Source: Armatimonadota bacterium
Lineage (GTDB): Bacteria; Armatimonadota; SYMT01
Assembly: GCA_041690135.1 (NCBI GenBank)
Contig: JAWLHY010000010.1
Span: 160,001-224,000, forward strand
DNA length: 64,000 nucleotides
Direction of reading: 5' to 3'
Shown here in pieces: positions 10,008-18,883 of this stretch. Both the position numbers and the translations under genes were made by a program. Numbering within the stretch: the first letter of the stretch is position 1; each line of letters begins with the position of its first letter. The notes below the pieces were generated by a model. That model saw only the letters and a list, made by a program, of their open reading frames with translations. It made no database searches and had not been told where the DNA came from.

Positions 10008-10409
10008 ATGCCGATGCGGGACGCACTGCGGCAGTTCAAAGCAGATATTTTCCAGGCACTGGCCCATCCCACGCGTATCGCGATCGTCGAGATACTGTGC
10101 GAGGGCGAGCAGTCGGCTGGATCGCTGGTCGAAAAGCTGGAAATAGAACCGGCAAACGCTTCGCAGCACCTGGCTGTCCTGCGCAGCCGGCAGATTGTCG
10201 AAAGCCGCAGGGAGGGAAACCAGGTCATTTACTCACTTCGCGATCCCTTGCTCGGCGAGGTTCTAGAAGTAATGCGTCGCTACTTCCAGGCCCACCTGGC
10301 GGAGGCCACGGCGCTCTTGCGGGACCTCCATCCGGAAACCGGCGCTGAAGCAAAGCCGGCTTCCGCAACCCGTGCGAAAGGCATGGGTGAGAGGGATGAA
10401 CTCCAGTGA
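10008..10409 (+). CDS. ArsR/SmtB-family transcriptional regulator
   Basis: FKADIFQALAHPTRIAIVE, ASQHLAVLR, RREGNQVIYSL. Overlaps next gene (GTGA). Confidence 0.92.
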   Translation: MPMRDALRQFKADIFQALAHPTRIAIVEILCEGEQSAGSLVEKLEIEPANASQHLAVLRSRQIVESRREGNQVIYSLRDPLLGEVLEVMRRYFQAHLAEATALLRDLHPETGAEAKPASATRAKGMGERDELQ

Positions 10410-12124
10410 GCGACGGACTGGCGTTTAGACGGTGGACCCCGCGCCTACTGGAGACGCTTCGTACCTACGACAGGCGTACGTTCGGGAGTGACCTGATCGC
10501 GGGGATCACGGTAGGGTTGGTCGCGCTGCCGTTGGCGATGGCGTTCGGAATCGCCAGTGGCGTTACGCCCCAGTCCGGCATTTACACGGCGATTGTGGCC
10601 GGCTTCCTGATCTCGGCGCTTGGCGGATCGCGGGTGCAGATCGGCGGGCCTACCGGCGCGTTCGTGGTCATCGTGGCCGGCATCATCAGTAAGTTCGGTC
10701 TCTCCGGCCTCCTGATGGTCACACTCATGGCCGGCGGTATGCTCGTCTTGATGGGAATTACCGGCCTCGGAACCGCCATCAAGTTCATCCCGAGACCGGT
10801 GGTCATCGGCTTTACCAACGGCATCGCGATCCTGATCGCATCCACCCAGATCAAGGACTTCCTGGGGCTGCAGACCGGCCCGCTCCCAGGTGAATTCCTG
10901 GAGCGCATGCACGTTTACGCGGGAGCGTTGAGTACGGTACATCCGCCGACGCTGCTCGTCGCCTCCGTCTCGCTGGGAATCATCCTGTTCTGGCCGCGCA
11001 TCACGCGCCGGATTCCCGGATCCATCGTAGCACTGCTTCTCGCCACGATACTCACCCCTCTGCTAGGCTTGCCGGTCGAGACTATTGGCAGCAAGTTCGG
11101 GGGAATTCCGGTTGGCTTGCCCCGGATCGCCCTGCCGGAATTCCGCCCGGACTTGATCGTGACACTGCTCCCGTCGGCGGTGACCGTGGCGCTGCTGGCG
11201 GCCATCGAAAGCTTGCTTTCGGCGGTGGTGGCGGACAGCATGAGTGGCGACAAGCACAACTCCAATGTGGAACTGGTCGCCCAGGGCATGGCGAATCTCG
11301 CGGTTCCGTTCGTGGGAGGAATTCCCGCCACGGGAGCCATCGCGCGCACGGCCACCAACATTCGCTCTGGGGCACACACCCCCGTGGCCGGCATCACACA
11401 CGCGCTCACATTACTGTTCATTATTGTGGTAGCGGCGCCGCTCGCACGGTTCATCCCGCTGGCAACACTGGCAGCCGTGTTGTTTGTGGTGTCTTACAAT
11501 ATGGGGGAATGGCGAGAGATCGGTTCGATCCTCAGGCTTTCCCGGGCGGACAAGGCCGTTTGGGCCAGCACCTTTGCGCTCACCGTCCTGGCCGATCTCA
11601 CTGTGGCCGTTGAAGTCGGCATTGCACTCGCGGCACTGCTCTACATCTACCGGGTATCGCAAACGACCACCGTCTCCGTGGTTACCCCCGAGTATGTAGA
11701 TGCGGGTTGGGTTCACAGCCTGCAGGGCCAGGAGATTCCCCCGTACGTCTCCATCCTCAGGATCCACGGTCCGTTTCTGTTCGGCACCACGGAAAAGCTG
11801 GCGGAAGAGACCGCGGACCTCACGCGCTTCGCACCGGTAGTCATTCTTCGGCTGCGCAACACAACCGCCCTCGACGCCACGGGACTACACGCATTGGAAG
11901 TGTTTGCGGAACGGCTGCGGAAAGCGGGGAAAACGTTGCTCCTCTGCGGCGCCCGCGACCAGCCGGCGAAGCTGCTGCAGCGATCCGATTTCGTGGCGCA
12001 CATCGGCAGTGACAATATCCTCCCGCATGTTCAGGCCGCCCTGATGCGGGCTCGCGAGGTGGCGGAGGAGTTCGGTGGTTTGGGATACGAGGCAGCGGAA
12101 GATCTCGCCCACGCACCCCTCTAG
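10406..12124 (+). CDS. SulP/SLC26 anion transporter (BicA/DauA-like) with STAS domain
   Basis: DLIAGITVGLVALPLAMAFGIASG, QIGGPTGAF, IESLLSA, GAIARTATN, C-terminal STAS (GPFLFG, LDATG). Confidence 0.95.
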   Translation: MSDGLAFRRWTPRLLETLRTYDRRTFGSDLIAGITVGLVALPLAMAFGIASGVTPQSGIYTAIVAGFLISALGGSRVQIGGPTGAFVVIVAGIISKFGLSGLLMVTLMAGGMLVLMGITGLGTAIKFIPRPVVIGFTNGIAILIASTQIKDFLGLQTGPLPGEFLERMHVYAGALSTVHPPTLLVASVSLGIILFWPRITRRIPGSIVALLLATILTPLLGLPVETIGSKFGGIPVGLPRIALPEFRPDLIVTLLPSAVTVALLAAIESLLSAVVADSMSGDKHNSNVELVAQGMANLAVPFVGGIPATGAIARTATNIRSGAHTPVAGITHALTLLFIIVVAAPLARFIPLATLAAVLFVVSYNMGEWREIGSILRLSRADKAVWASTFALTVLADLTVAVEVGIALAALLYIYRVSQTTTVSVVTPEYVDAGWVHSLQGQEIPPYVSILRIHGPFLFGTTEKLAEETADLTRFAPVVILRLRNTTALDATGLHALEVFAERLRKAGKTLLLCGARDQPAKLLQRSDFVAHIGSDNILPHVQAALMRAREVAEEFGGLGYEAAEDLAHAPL

Positions 12125-12164
12125 ATAGCAGGGTCGTGCACTTGCGGAGAAAGAGTAAGTTCAG

Positions 12165-12905
12165 ATGAGGATACTCGGAGCTACCATTTGCCTGGCATTA
12201 GCCCTGCTGGCGTGGCCCACTCTCGTACAAGCGGAGCACCCCGCGCCTGGGCCCGCGATCGATCCGCAGCGCGTACTGCTCTCATTGATGGCGGGGAACC
12301 GGCGGTTCGCTACCGGCCATGCCGTGCACCCCCACGCAGAGCGCGCTCGCATACGGGAAACGGGCTGGCACGGCCAGCATCCGCAGGCCGTCGTTCTGGC
12401 TTGTGCCGATTCCCGCGTGTGCCCCGAGATCCTCTTCGACCAGGGCGTAGGAGACCTCTTTACGATTCGCGTGGCGGGTAACGTCGGCAACGAAGACGAG
12501 GCAGCCTCGGTGGAATACGCGGCCGATCACCTGGAAGTCCCCGTGTGTGTCGTGCTGGGACACACCGGCTGCGGAGCCGTAACGGCGGTAGTCCGTAAAG
12601 AACCGCTGCACGGTAGCTTCGACCACCTGCTGGCGCACACCCGAGAAGCAGTAGGAGCTTTACGGAAGAAGCGGCCGGACCTGACCGGCACGGCGCTTCT
12701 CGACGAAGCCGTCCGCGCCAACATCTGGGAGGCGATCGAAGACCTCCTGCAGGAAAGCCCGGCATTGGTGGAGCGAGCACGCACCGGAAAGCTCCGCATC
12801 GTCGGCGCCGTCTACGACACGCGTAGTGGCAAGGTGCATTGGATGGGGCGCCATCCACGCGAGAACGCCCTGCTGAAGGAGCAGGCCGGAAAGCGGCCCG
12901 GTTAA
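12165..12905 (+). CDS. Beta-class carbonic anhydrase with signal peptide
   Basis: Zn ligands CADSRV and HTGCGA, GNRRF and RVAGN motifs, N-terminal signal ending VQA. Confidence 0.93.
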   Translation: MRILGATICLALALLAWPTLVQAEHPAPGPAIDPQRVLLSLMAGNRRFATGHAVHPHAERARIRETGWHGQHPQAVVLACADSRVCPEILFDQGVGDLFTIRVAGNVGNEDEAASVEYAADHLEVPVCVVLGHTGCGAVTAVVRKEPLHGSFDHLLAHTREAVGALRKKRPDLTGTALLDEAVRANIWEAIEDLLQESPALVERARTGKLRIVGAVYDTRSGKVHWMGRHPRENALLKEQAGKRPG

Positions 12906-13016
12906 CACCGCAGGTGGCCCGGTTGATCGCATTACATGTGCGCCCGTGGGATCAACCCCACGGATGGCCGCCTTGCGAGGTTCCGGCACCGAGCACGGAG
13001 CTCGCGATAGCCTGTC

Positions 13017-13058
13017 GCCGGGAAGCCTCCCTCATCGGCGTGAGGGAGGCTTCCCGGC
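13017..13058. terminator. Hairpin between convergent genes
   Basis: GCCGGGAAGCCTCCCTCA-TCGGCG-TGAGGGAGGCTTCCCGGC, perfect 18-bp stem. Confidence 0.7.
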
Positions 13059-13095
13059 AGGAGCTCAGCGCGCATACTGGCTTTGAAACGGAAGC

Positions 13096-14148
13096 TTAAA
13101 TCCCCAGCAGCTTCTTCACGCCGTTCTTGACCGGCTGCGGTAGGGCGCCGCCCAGCGACCGCAGTCCGCCGGAGGAGTCTCCCCCCTGCGACGGTCCCGC
13201 GAACTCCGGCCACTCCAGTTGTCCGCGGTCTTCCAGGAGCGGAGCGGAGATGATTTCGGCCGGTTTCCCCTTCACGGCCAGCAAGGTGATCGTCTCTTCA
13301 ATCCGCGGCCCGTGCGTCTTGTTGACGATCCAGGAGAGCGCGCCGGGTCCACTCCCCTTACCGGCGGATTCCTCACTGGCGGAGGGCAGATTGCCACACC
13401 GCTCGATCTTGTCGGGAAAGCCGACTCCGGTGGCCGGCGTAAGGCACGCGTAGGCCGAAGTGTAGCCGTAGTTCGACAGGAAGTTCAGGAGGGAAGACCG
13501 GGTGAACTCGAAGCTGTGGGGATTGTCCAGAGAGTTCCAGACCTTCTCCATCCGCTCTTCCATGGAAGAATCGGGGGAGTGCTCCCGCGTCTTTCGGCCC
13601 CAGTAGGTGTGTCCCTTGTACTCGACAGAGACTTCCGCCACGAGACTGTACTGGGTGGAGATAATCGTGATTCCGGTGCAAACCGCACTGATCTGCTCCA
13701 GGAACCGGAATACGTCCGGCTGGTCGAGGTGATACAGGATTCCCAGGCACAGCACTACGTCGAAGTGGCCGTACTTCTCGGGGCTCAGGTTGCGAACGTC
13801 GTCGAGGTGGAGTTCCACGTTTTCCAGCCCCAGTACTTCTTTCGCGTAACGTGCCTTCTCCAGGTTGGCTTCCCGACCCTCCACCAGGACCACGCTCGCC
13901 CCATGCCGGGCCAACTCGATGCCGTAGAGACCCTCCAGACAGGCCAGGTCCAGAATCCGCAGTTCGTTCAGCGGTCGCCGCGCGGCGTCCGCCACGGTCT
14001 GCACCACCTGCCGCAGCTTGAGCTCGTCGGCGATGATGCGGCCGTCGATGGTGTAAAGGTCGCCCCCAAGGTGGATGTTATGCGCGGTCCACTCGCCGTG
14101 CTTTTCCACGACCTCGCGCTTTTTTCGCGCCATTTCCTCGACGTTCAT
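13096..14148 (-). CDS. Class I SAM-dependent methyltransferase
   Basis: ILDLACLEG motif I, VEGRE, FDVVLCLGILYHL. GGAGA RBS before ATG 14148. Confidence 0.85.
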   Translation of the reverse strand: MNVEEMARKKREVVEKHGEWTAHNIHLGGDLYTIDGRIIADELKLRQVVQTVADAARRPLNELRILDLACLEGLYGIELARHGASVVLVEGREANLEKARYAKEVLGLENVELHLDDVRNLSPEKYGHFDVVLCLGILYHLDQPDVFRFLEQISAVCTGITIISTQYSLVAEVSVEYKGHTYWGRKTREHSPDSSMEERMEKVWNSLDNPHSFEFTRSSLLNFLSNYGYTSAYACLTPATGVGFPDKIERCGNLPSASEESAGKGSGPGALSWIVNKTHGPRIEETITLLAVKGKPAEIISAPLLEDRGQLEWPEFAGPSQGGDSSGGLRSLGGALPQPVKNGVKKLLGI

Positions 14149-14412
14149 CCGAAATCTCCTGTTGCCCGACCGCGGTCCACCGGGACCCGCAGGTCCGTAT
14201 CTCCGGGAAGCCCCCAAAATTCAACTATTCAGAAAGGTAACGGTTCTCGGCCGCTGCAGTGTCTTCCGGAAGCGTCCGGGCGGCATTCGCGGTGGGGGTG
14301 CTGGAAAGCCACCCTTCTAATCTTCGGATGATCGACCAGAAAATCTGGGTTGCGGACCGATGGATATTGGCTTGCGCTGCAAATCGGGGGCGCAAAGGGA
14401 GCCGCCAACGAA

Positions 14413-14447
14413 AAACAACCCGTGAGCGACACGCTCACGGGTTGTTT
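14413..14447 (-). terminator. Intrinsic terminator after tRNA-Ser
   Basis: AAACAACCCGTGAGCG-loop-CGCTCACGGGTTGTTT with T-run on the minus strand. Confidence 0.75.
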
Positions 14448-14462
14448 CAGGTCGTATCGGAA

Positions 14463-14551
14463 CGGAGAGGGCGGGATTCGAACCCGCGGCAGAGTATGAT
14501 CCCTGCGACGGTTTAGCAAACCGCTCCCTTCGGCCACTCGGGCACCTCTCC
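14463..14551 (-). tRNA. tRNA-Ser(GCT)
   Basis: GGAGAGGTGCCCGAGTGGCCGAAGGGAGCGGTTTGCTAAACCG...GGTTCGAATCCCGCCCTCTCCG: long variable arm, anticodon GCT, CCA not encoded. Confidence 0.97.
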
Positions 14552-14572
14552 AGGCCGGTTCAGGACTGCGGG

Positions 14573-14602
14573 ATTTTAGCATAGCGCCGCGCGGGTCTGC
14601 AA
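14573..14602 (-). promoter_or_regulatory. Sigma70-type promoter of tRNA-Ser
   Basis: TTGCAG-N18-TAAAAT with extended TG. Confidence 0.65.
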
Positions 14603-14650
14603 GAGGTATTCTCGCGGGCTCGCCTCCTCTATCATTGTTCGGAAAGCACG

Positions 14651-14678
14651 CAACCCTGGCGACCGTAGCTTCGTATTA
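14651..14678 (+). promoter_or_regulatory. Candidate ECF-sigma promoter upstream of Ser/Thr kinase
   Basis: GCAACC-N16-CGTATT (AAC/CGT pattern typical of ECF promoters). Confidence 0.4.
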
Positions 14679-14726
14679 TCTGCGTCGGCCTATTTGCTGT
14701 ATTCGGTGCATTTCTCGACCTGACCC

Positions 14727-15815
14727 ATGGCGACTATCAACTTCGGCAAATATGAGCTGACCCGGGAACTCGGCCGCGGAGCCATGGGGATCGTGTACGA
14801 GGCGCACGAGATTGGGCGGGGCGGAGAACTCGCGCTCAAGGTCATTACGATCAAGAACGGCGCTTCCCCGGAATCTCGGGCGCGGCAGCTGGAGCGATTC
14901 TCACGCGAGGCACGCGCCCTGTCTCAACTGAACCATCCCAACGTGGTGCGGTTGTTCGAGCGGGGTGAGATCGGTGGCCGTGCTTATTTCACCATGGAAC
15001 TGGTGCGCGGAACCACGCTCCGCGATCGGCTCCAGTTCCAGGGCGCTCTTTCCTTACCGGAACTGACGCGGCTGGCATTGGAAATGTGTGCGGCACTGGA
15101 CCACCTCCACGAGCATGGGGTGGTACACCGCGACGTGAAGCCGGACAACATCATGCTGATGCCGGACGGCAGTTCCAAGCTGATGGATTTCGGAATCGCC
15201 CTGCTGCTGTTCGAGGATAGTCAGGGAGCGAGTGGTTTTGAGGGCTCACCGGCCTACATGTCGCCCGAGCAGGTGGCCTCACGCCCGGTAGATGGACGCA
15301 CAGACATCTATTCCCTGGCAGTGACGCTCTACGAAGCCGCCACGGGAAAACGCGCATACGACGGGGACAGCATCGCGACCATCACCCAGAAGGTCGTTCA
15401 GGAATACCCCGCTCCCCCGCCCGGTATGCCGCTCCACTTCCAGGCGATCCTGATGCGGGCGATGGGAAAGAATCCGAATCACCGGTATCAACATGCCACG
15501 GAGATGGCTGCGGACCTGCGCGCCGCGCGGCTACCCCAGCGCCCTTCGGTAACTTCGCTCCCGGCCGCCCCGCCCAACCCAGGAACATTCCCGAACGTGG
15601 CGCCTCTGTCGGCTCAACCTTCTGGCACCCCGCCACACGCGACGACGCCCCCCCATCGCGCCGCGGCTCCTGGCATAGCCTGCCGGATCCACCCCGGCCG
15701 CGCGGGTGTGGCCCACTGCGAAGCTTGCGGCCATCCGATGTGCTACACGTGCATGCTGGAAATTCCACACCGGGGAACGATCTGTCGCACGTGCGCTTTC
15801 GGCCCCCGCCTTTGA
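14727..15815 (+). CDS. Hanks-type Ser/Thr protein kinase with C-terminal B-box-like zinc finger
   Basis: GRGAMG, ALK, HRDVKPDN, DFG, YMSPEQ; Pro-rich linker; CRIH-x7-CEAC-x4-CYTC-x9-CRTC tail; no TM segment. Confidence 0.93.
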   Translation: MATINFGKYELTRELGRGAMGIVYEAHEIGRGGELALKVITIKNGASPESRARQLERFSREARALSQLNHPNVVRLFERGEIGGRAYFTMELVRGTTLRDRLQFQGALSLPELTRLALEMCAALDHLHEHGVVHRDVKPDNIMLMPDGSSKLMDFGIALLLFEDSQGASGFEGSPAYMSPEQVASRPVDGRTDIYSLAVTLYEAATGKRAYDGDSIATITQKVVQEYPAPPPGMPLHFQAILMRAMGKNPNHRYQHATEMAADLRAARLPQRPSVTSLPAAPPNPGTFPNVAPLSAQPSGTPPHATTPPHRAAAPGIACRIHPGRAGVAHCEACGHPMCYTCMLEIPHRGTICRTCAFGPRL

Positions 15816-15854
15816 GGCACGGGTCCGGACCGTAGGGCACCGCCGGCCGAACGA

Positions 15855-16247
15855 TTACTCGTTTTCCGGGCAGGAGTTCGGGGTCGCAGCCAGAGCCCGT
15901 CGAACCAGCGTGGCGATGTCGTCCGGGCGAAACGGCTTGGTGAGGTAATAATCGGCGCCGATATCGAGACCCAGCGTCACATCCTCCGGCTGGTCCTTCA
16001 CCGTCAGCAATACCACGAGTATGTGCCGGAGACGGGGGTCCGTCTTGATCCGGTTCAGCACGCGATAGCCGTCGAGCTTCGGCATGACCACATCGAGGAC
16101 CACCAGGTCCGGATGCTCAGCTTCCACGACTTCAAGCGCCCTTTCGCCGTCATGTGCGGTCAGCAGCGTGTAACCCTCGGAGCGGAGACACATCTGGAGG
16201 AGCCTTACGATGTCCGGATGGTCGTCGACGAGTAGGATCTTGGGCAT
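15855..16247 (-). CDS. Single-domain response regulator
   Basis: ILLVDD, LDVVMP, YLTKPF. Confidence 0.92.
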   Translation of the reverse strand: MPKILLVDDHPDIVRLLQMCLRSEGYTLLTAHDGERALEVVEAEHPDLVVLDVVMPKLDGYRVLNRIKTDPRLRHILVVLLTVKDQPEDVTLGLDIGADYYLTKPFRPDDIATLVRRALAATPNSCPENE

Positions 16248-16350
16248 GGTTCGGAAAGGTACTTCGGTCAGGTGCGCAAGGGCAAAGCGGTGCTTGTCCT
16301 TAACTTACAGCTAAAATCGCCCGTCTTCAACCGGGCCGACCGAAGGAGGT

Positions 16351-17394
16351 ATGGATCCGATGAAACTCAAACACGCAATGCTTGCTGTCGGCGCGGGTGC
16401 TCTCCTGTGGGGATCGGGGTACCTGCACGCGCAGAGCGCCGCCACGCGCAAAGGCTGGACTCCGGGAAAAGGCTACGGTTGGGTGTGGGGCAAGAACGAC
16501 GAAGTGGGAGCCCTGAACACTCTCGGACCGGGAGACGTTAGGGAAGCCGCCCGCCTGATCCAACAGGGCAAGGTATACGATCTGGGGATCACCTACGACC
16601 GCACCTCGTTCAAGTGGCCGGGCCACTCCCCCGGTGAGGTCATTTCATTCCGCACGCCGGAAGGGGTGAAGCGCCAGAAGGATCTCGACTTCGTTTTCGG
16701 GCCGGGTAACAGTTCGGAAACGGCCTGGCACAGTTGCGCGCTTTTCATCAGCGATAACGTGGCCACCCAGATCGACGGCCTCGGGCACATAACGGTGGGG
16801 AAGGACAACCACTGGTACAACGGGTTCAAGGAGAGCGAGGCGGGGAGCAACTGGGGGATCCGCAAGTGCGGGGCCGAGACCATTCCGCCCATCGTCGCCC
16901 GCGGCGTGTTAATCGATGTCGCCGGTTACCTGAAGCAAGAGGCGCTACCCGCCGGGTTCGCGATTACCCCCAAGATCTTGCAGGACACGCTGGCGGCCCA
17001 GAAAACCACGCTGCGTCCGGGGGACGCGGTGTTCATCCGCACCGGCACACTGCGGTACTGGGGAGAGACCGGCAGCGACCATGAAAAGCTCAAGCAGCAC
17101 GACACGGCCGGTATCAATCTGGATGCGGCGAAATGGCTGGTCGGGGAGCAGGGAGCGGTACTGGTGGGTTCCGACACCAGCGGCCTTGAGGTGATGCCTC
17201 CGCCTGCGGGAAGCAATAGTTTCAATCCCGTCCATGTCTACCTGCTCATCGAACAGGGCGTGCACATCGGGGAGTTCCACAACCTGGAGGAACTCGCGAA
17301 GGATCGAGCTTACGAGTTCTTCTATGCCTGTTCCGTGAACAACATCAAAGGCGCGGTGGCCGGCTTCACCCTGCGCCCCATGGCCATTCGGTAG
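16351..17394 (+). CDS. Cyclase-family (kynurenine formamidase-like) metal hydrolase, exported
   Basis: WGKNDEVGALN, TQIDGLGH, RGVLIDVA, VFIRTG, VGSDT, HVYLL; signal peptide; AGGAGG RBS. Confidence 0.88.
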   Translation: MDPMKLKHAMLAVGAGALLWGSGYLHAQSAATRKGWTPGKGYGWVWGKNDEVGALNTLGPGDVREAARLIQQGKVYDLGITYDRTSFKWPGHSPGEVISFRTPEGVKRQKDLDFVFGPGNSSETAWHSCALFISDNVATQIDGLGHITVGKDNHWYNGFKESEAGSNWGIRKCGAETIPPIVARGVLIDVAGYLKQEALPAGFAITPKILQDTLAAQKTTLRPGDAVFIRTGTLRYWGETGSDHEKLKQHDTAGINLDAAKWLVGEQGAVLVGSDTSGLEVMPPPAGSNSFNPVHVYLLIEQGVHIGEFHNLEELAKDRAYEFFYACSVNNIKGAVAGFTLRPMAIR

Positions 17395-17447
17395 GATTCA
17401 ATGACGGCTTGACACCTGACGGCTGCAGCCGCAGGCCGGAACGGCAA

Positions 17448-17488
17448 AAAGCGGAGAGGGGTTGCCGTGCCGAACCCCTCTCCGCTTT
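17448..17488. terminator. Hairpin between convergent genes
   Basis: AAAGCGGAGAGGGGTT-loop-AACCCCTCTCCGCTTT. Confidence 0.7.
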
Positions 17489-17524
17489 GCCGGCGCTTCC
17501 AAAAGAGGCGCGCGTGTTCAGCCT

Positions 17525-18646
17525 TCAGAACCCGAGTGCGCGCAGTTCCTTCTTCAGGTCTTCCATTTGGTTTCCGGTCGCCCGCCAGCGGATCTTTCCG
17601 GTCTCATCCATCAGGTAGAAAGTCGGGTAAGCCGACACCTTATAGGCCGAAGCGACCGAGTCCTGGGTGCCGGAGAGCACCACAGGGAAGGTGACCTTGC
17701 TGTCTTTGACATAGGAAGCGACGGAAGGCGGAGAACCGTTCCAATTGACGGCAATCACCTCCAGCCCCTTCGGCTGAAGTTCGGCGTATAGCCGCTGGAG
17801 TTCAACCAGATCGGCAAGACACGTGGGGGACCCCTGGAACCAGAAGTACAACAGCGTGGCTTTCTTCCCTTTGCGCGCCTCGGCCAGGTAAAGGGACGTT
17901 CCATCCGCACTCAGCGCTGTGAATGCCGGTCCTTCCTGCCCCACCGCCAGCAGGCCTTGATCCGCGCTGGCGGACCTGTACGGTCGGTAGCCCTCGGGAG
18001 GGGTGTAGGCAAACTGGTCGGGGGACATGGCCGCGTTGGTCCGCAGGTTCTTGAGCCAGGTGGAGACGATGCGCGACCCCTTGGGCTGTGCGAACCGGAG
18101 CTCCACGCCCTCCAGCAGCCCGGTAGCCCCAAAGAACAGTTTTCGACTCTGCGGAGGCCGGTTCGACCGCACTTCCAGGATCTGGAATACTCTCCCCCCT
18201 TCATTCTGCTGGCCCACATACCGCGGTTGTTCACGCGCCAGCAGGCGGTCCGGGGAGAAAAAGGCGCTCACCGGCGAATACATGCCACCCACTCCGCCCA
18301 CGTTTTGCCCCTGTGGCGCAGCGGTGCTCTTCTGGAACCGCTTCACCTCTTCGGTGAGGACATAGAGGTCCCTTCCGTCCGACATTACCGCGCCCTTCGG
18401 CTTACCCGCGCTGTCGGTGAAGCGTATCTGTGCGAAATTGGGGCGCATCAGGCGCAGCGAGTAACGGAGGGTGTCCACCTGTCCTCCGGAATCGGTGGTG
18501 GTGACCATGTCCGCCGTCAACGTGCGGATGGAAGGGGCCATCTCCCGGCACCGTTTCAGCACGTTGTCGGCGCGGGTATCGGCCGATGCGCCACCGGCGG
18601 CGGCCAGGAGCGTCAGGGTCAGGAGCCAGGTTCGCTTGCGTGTCAT
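17525..18646 (-). CDS. Exported LolA-like domain fused to TlpA/redoxin domain
   Basis: Signal peptide; TLTADM...LRLMRPN...VMSDG...DQFAYTPPEG (LolA-like); LAVGQEGPAF...LLYFWFQGSPTC...YPTFYLMDETGKI (thioredoxin fold, SxxC). Confidence 0.8.
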   Translation of the reverse strand: MTRKRTWLLTLTLLAAAGGASADTRADNVLKRCREMAPSIRTLTADMVTTTDSGGQVDTLRYSLRLMRPNFAQIRFTDSAGKPKGAVMSDGRDLYVLTEEVKRFQKSTAAPQGQNVGGVGGMYSPVSAFFSPDRLLAREQPRYVGQQNEGGRVFQILEVRSNRPPQSRKLFFGATGLLEGVELRFAQPKGSRIVSTWLKNLRTNAAMSPDQFAYTPPEGYRPYRSASADQGLLAVGQEGPAFTALSADGTSLYLAEARKGKKATLLYFWFQGSPTCLADLVELQRLYAELQPKGLEVIAVNWNGSPPSVASYVKDSKVTFPVVLSGTQDSVASAYKVSAYPTFYLMDETGKIRWRATGNQMEDLKKELRALGF

Positions 18647-18883
18647 TCGCCTCCCTCTTCACGTGCCGGTCAGACAAGCACCCATGTACCCGCAAAGAGG
18701 CGAGGCGTCAAATCCAAGGGGAGGAAACGCGCACAGAAGGGAAAATGAGTCATCGACAGGTAGCGGTGCATCCGCACGTTGACGCGTGAACAACGAACGC
18801 GGCGTGGAACCCGGGACCGTTCGGGCTTACCCTACCGTCATCGGAGTCTCGTCAACCAGGTACATGGATCAAGGAGCCCCGCG

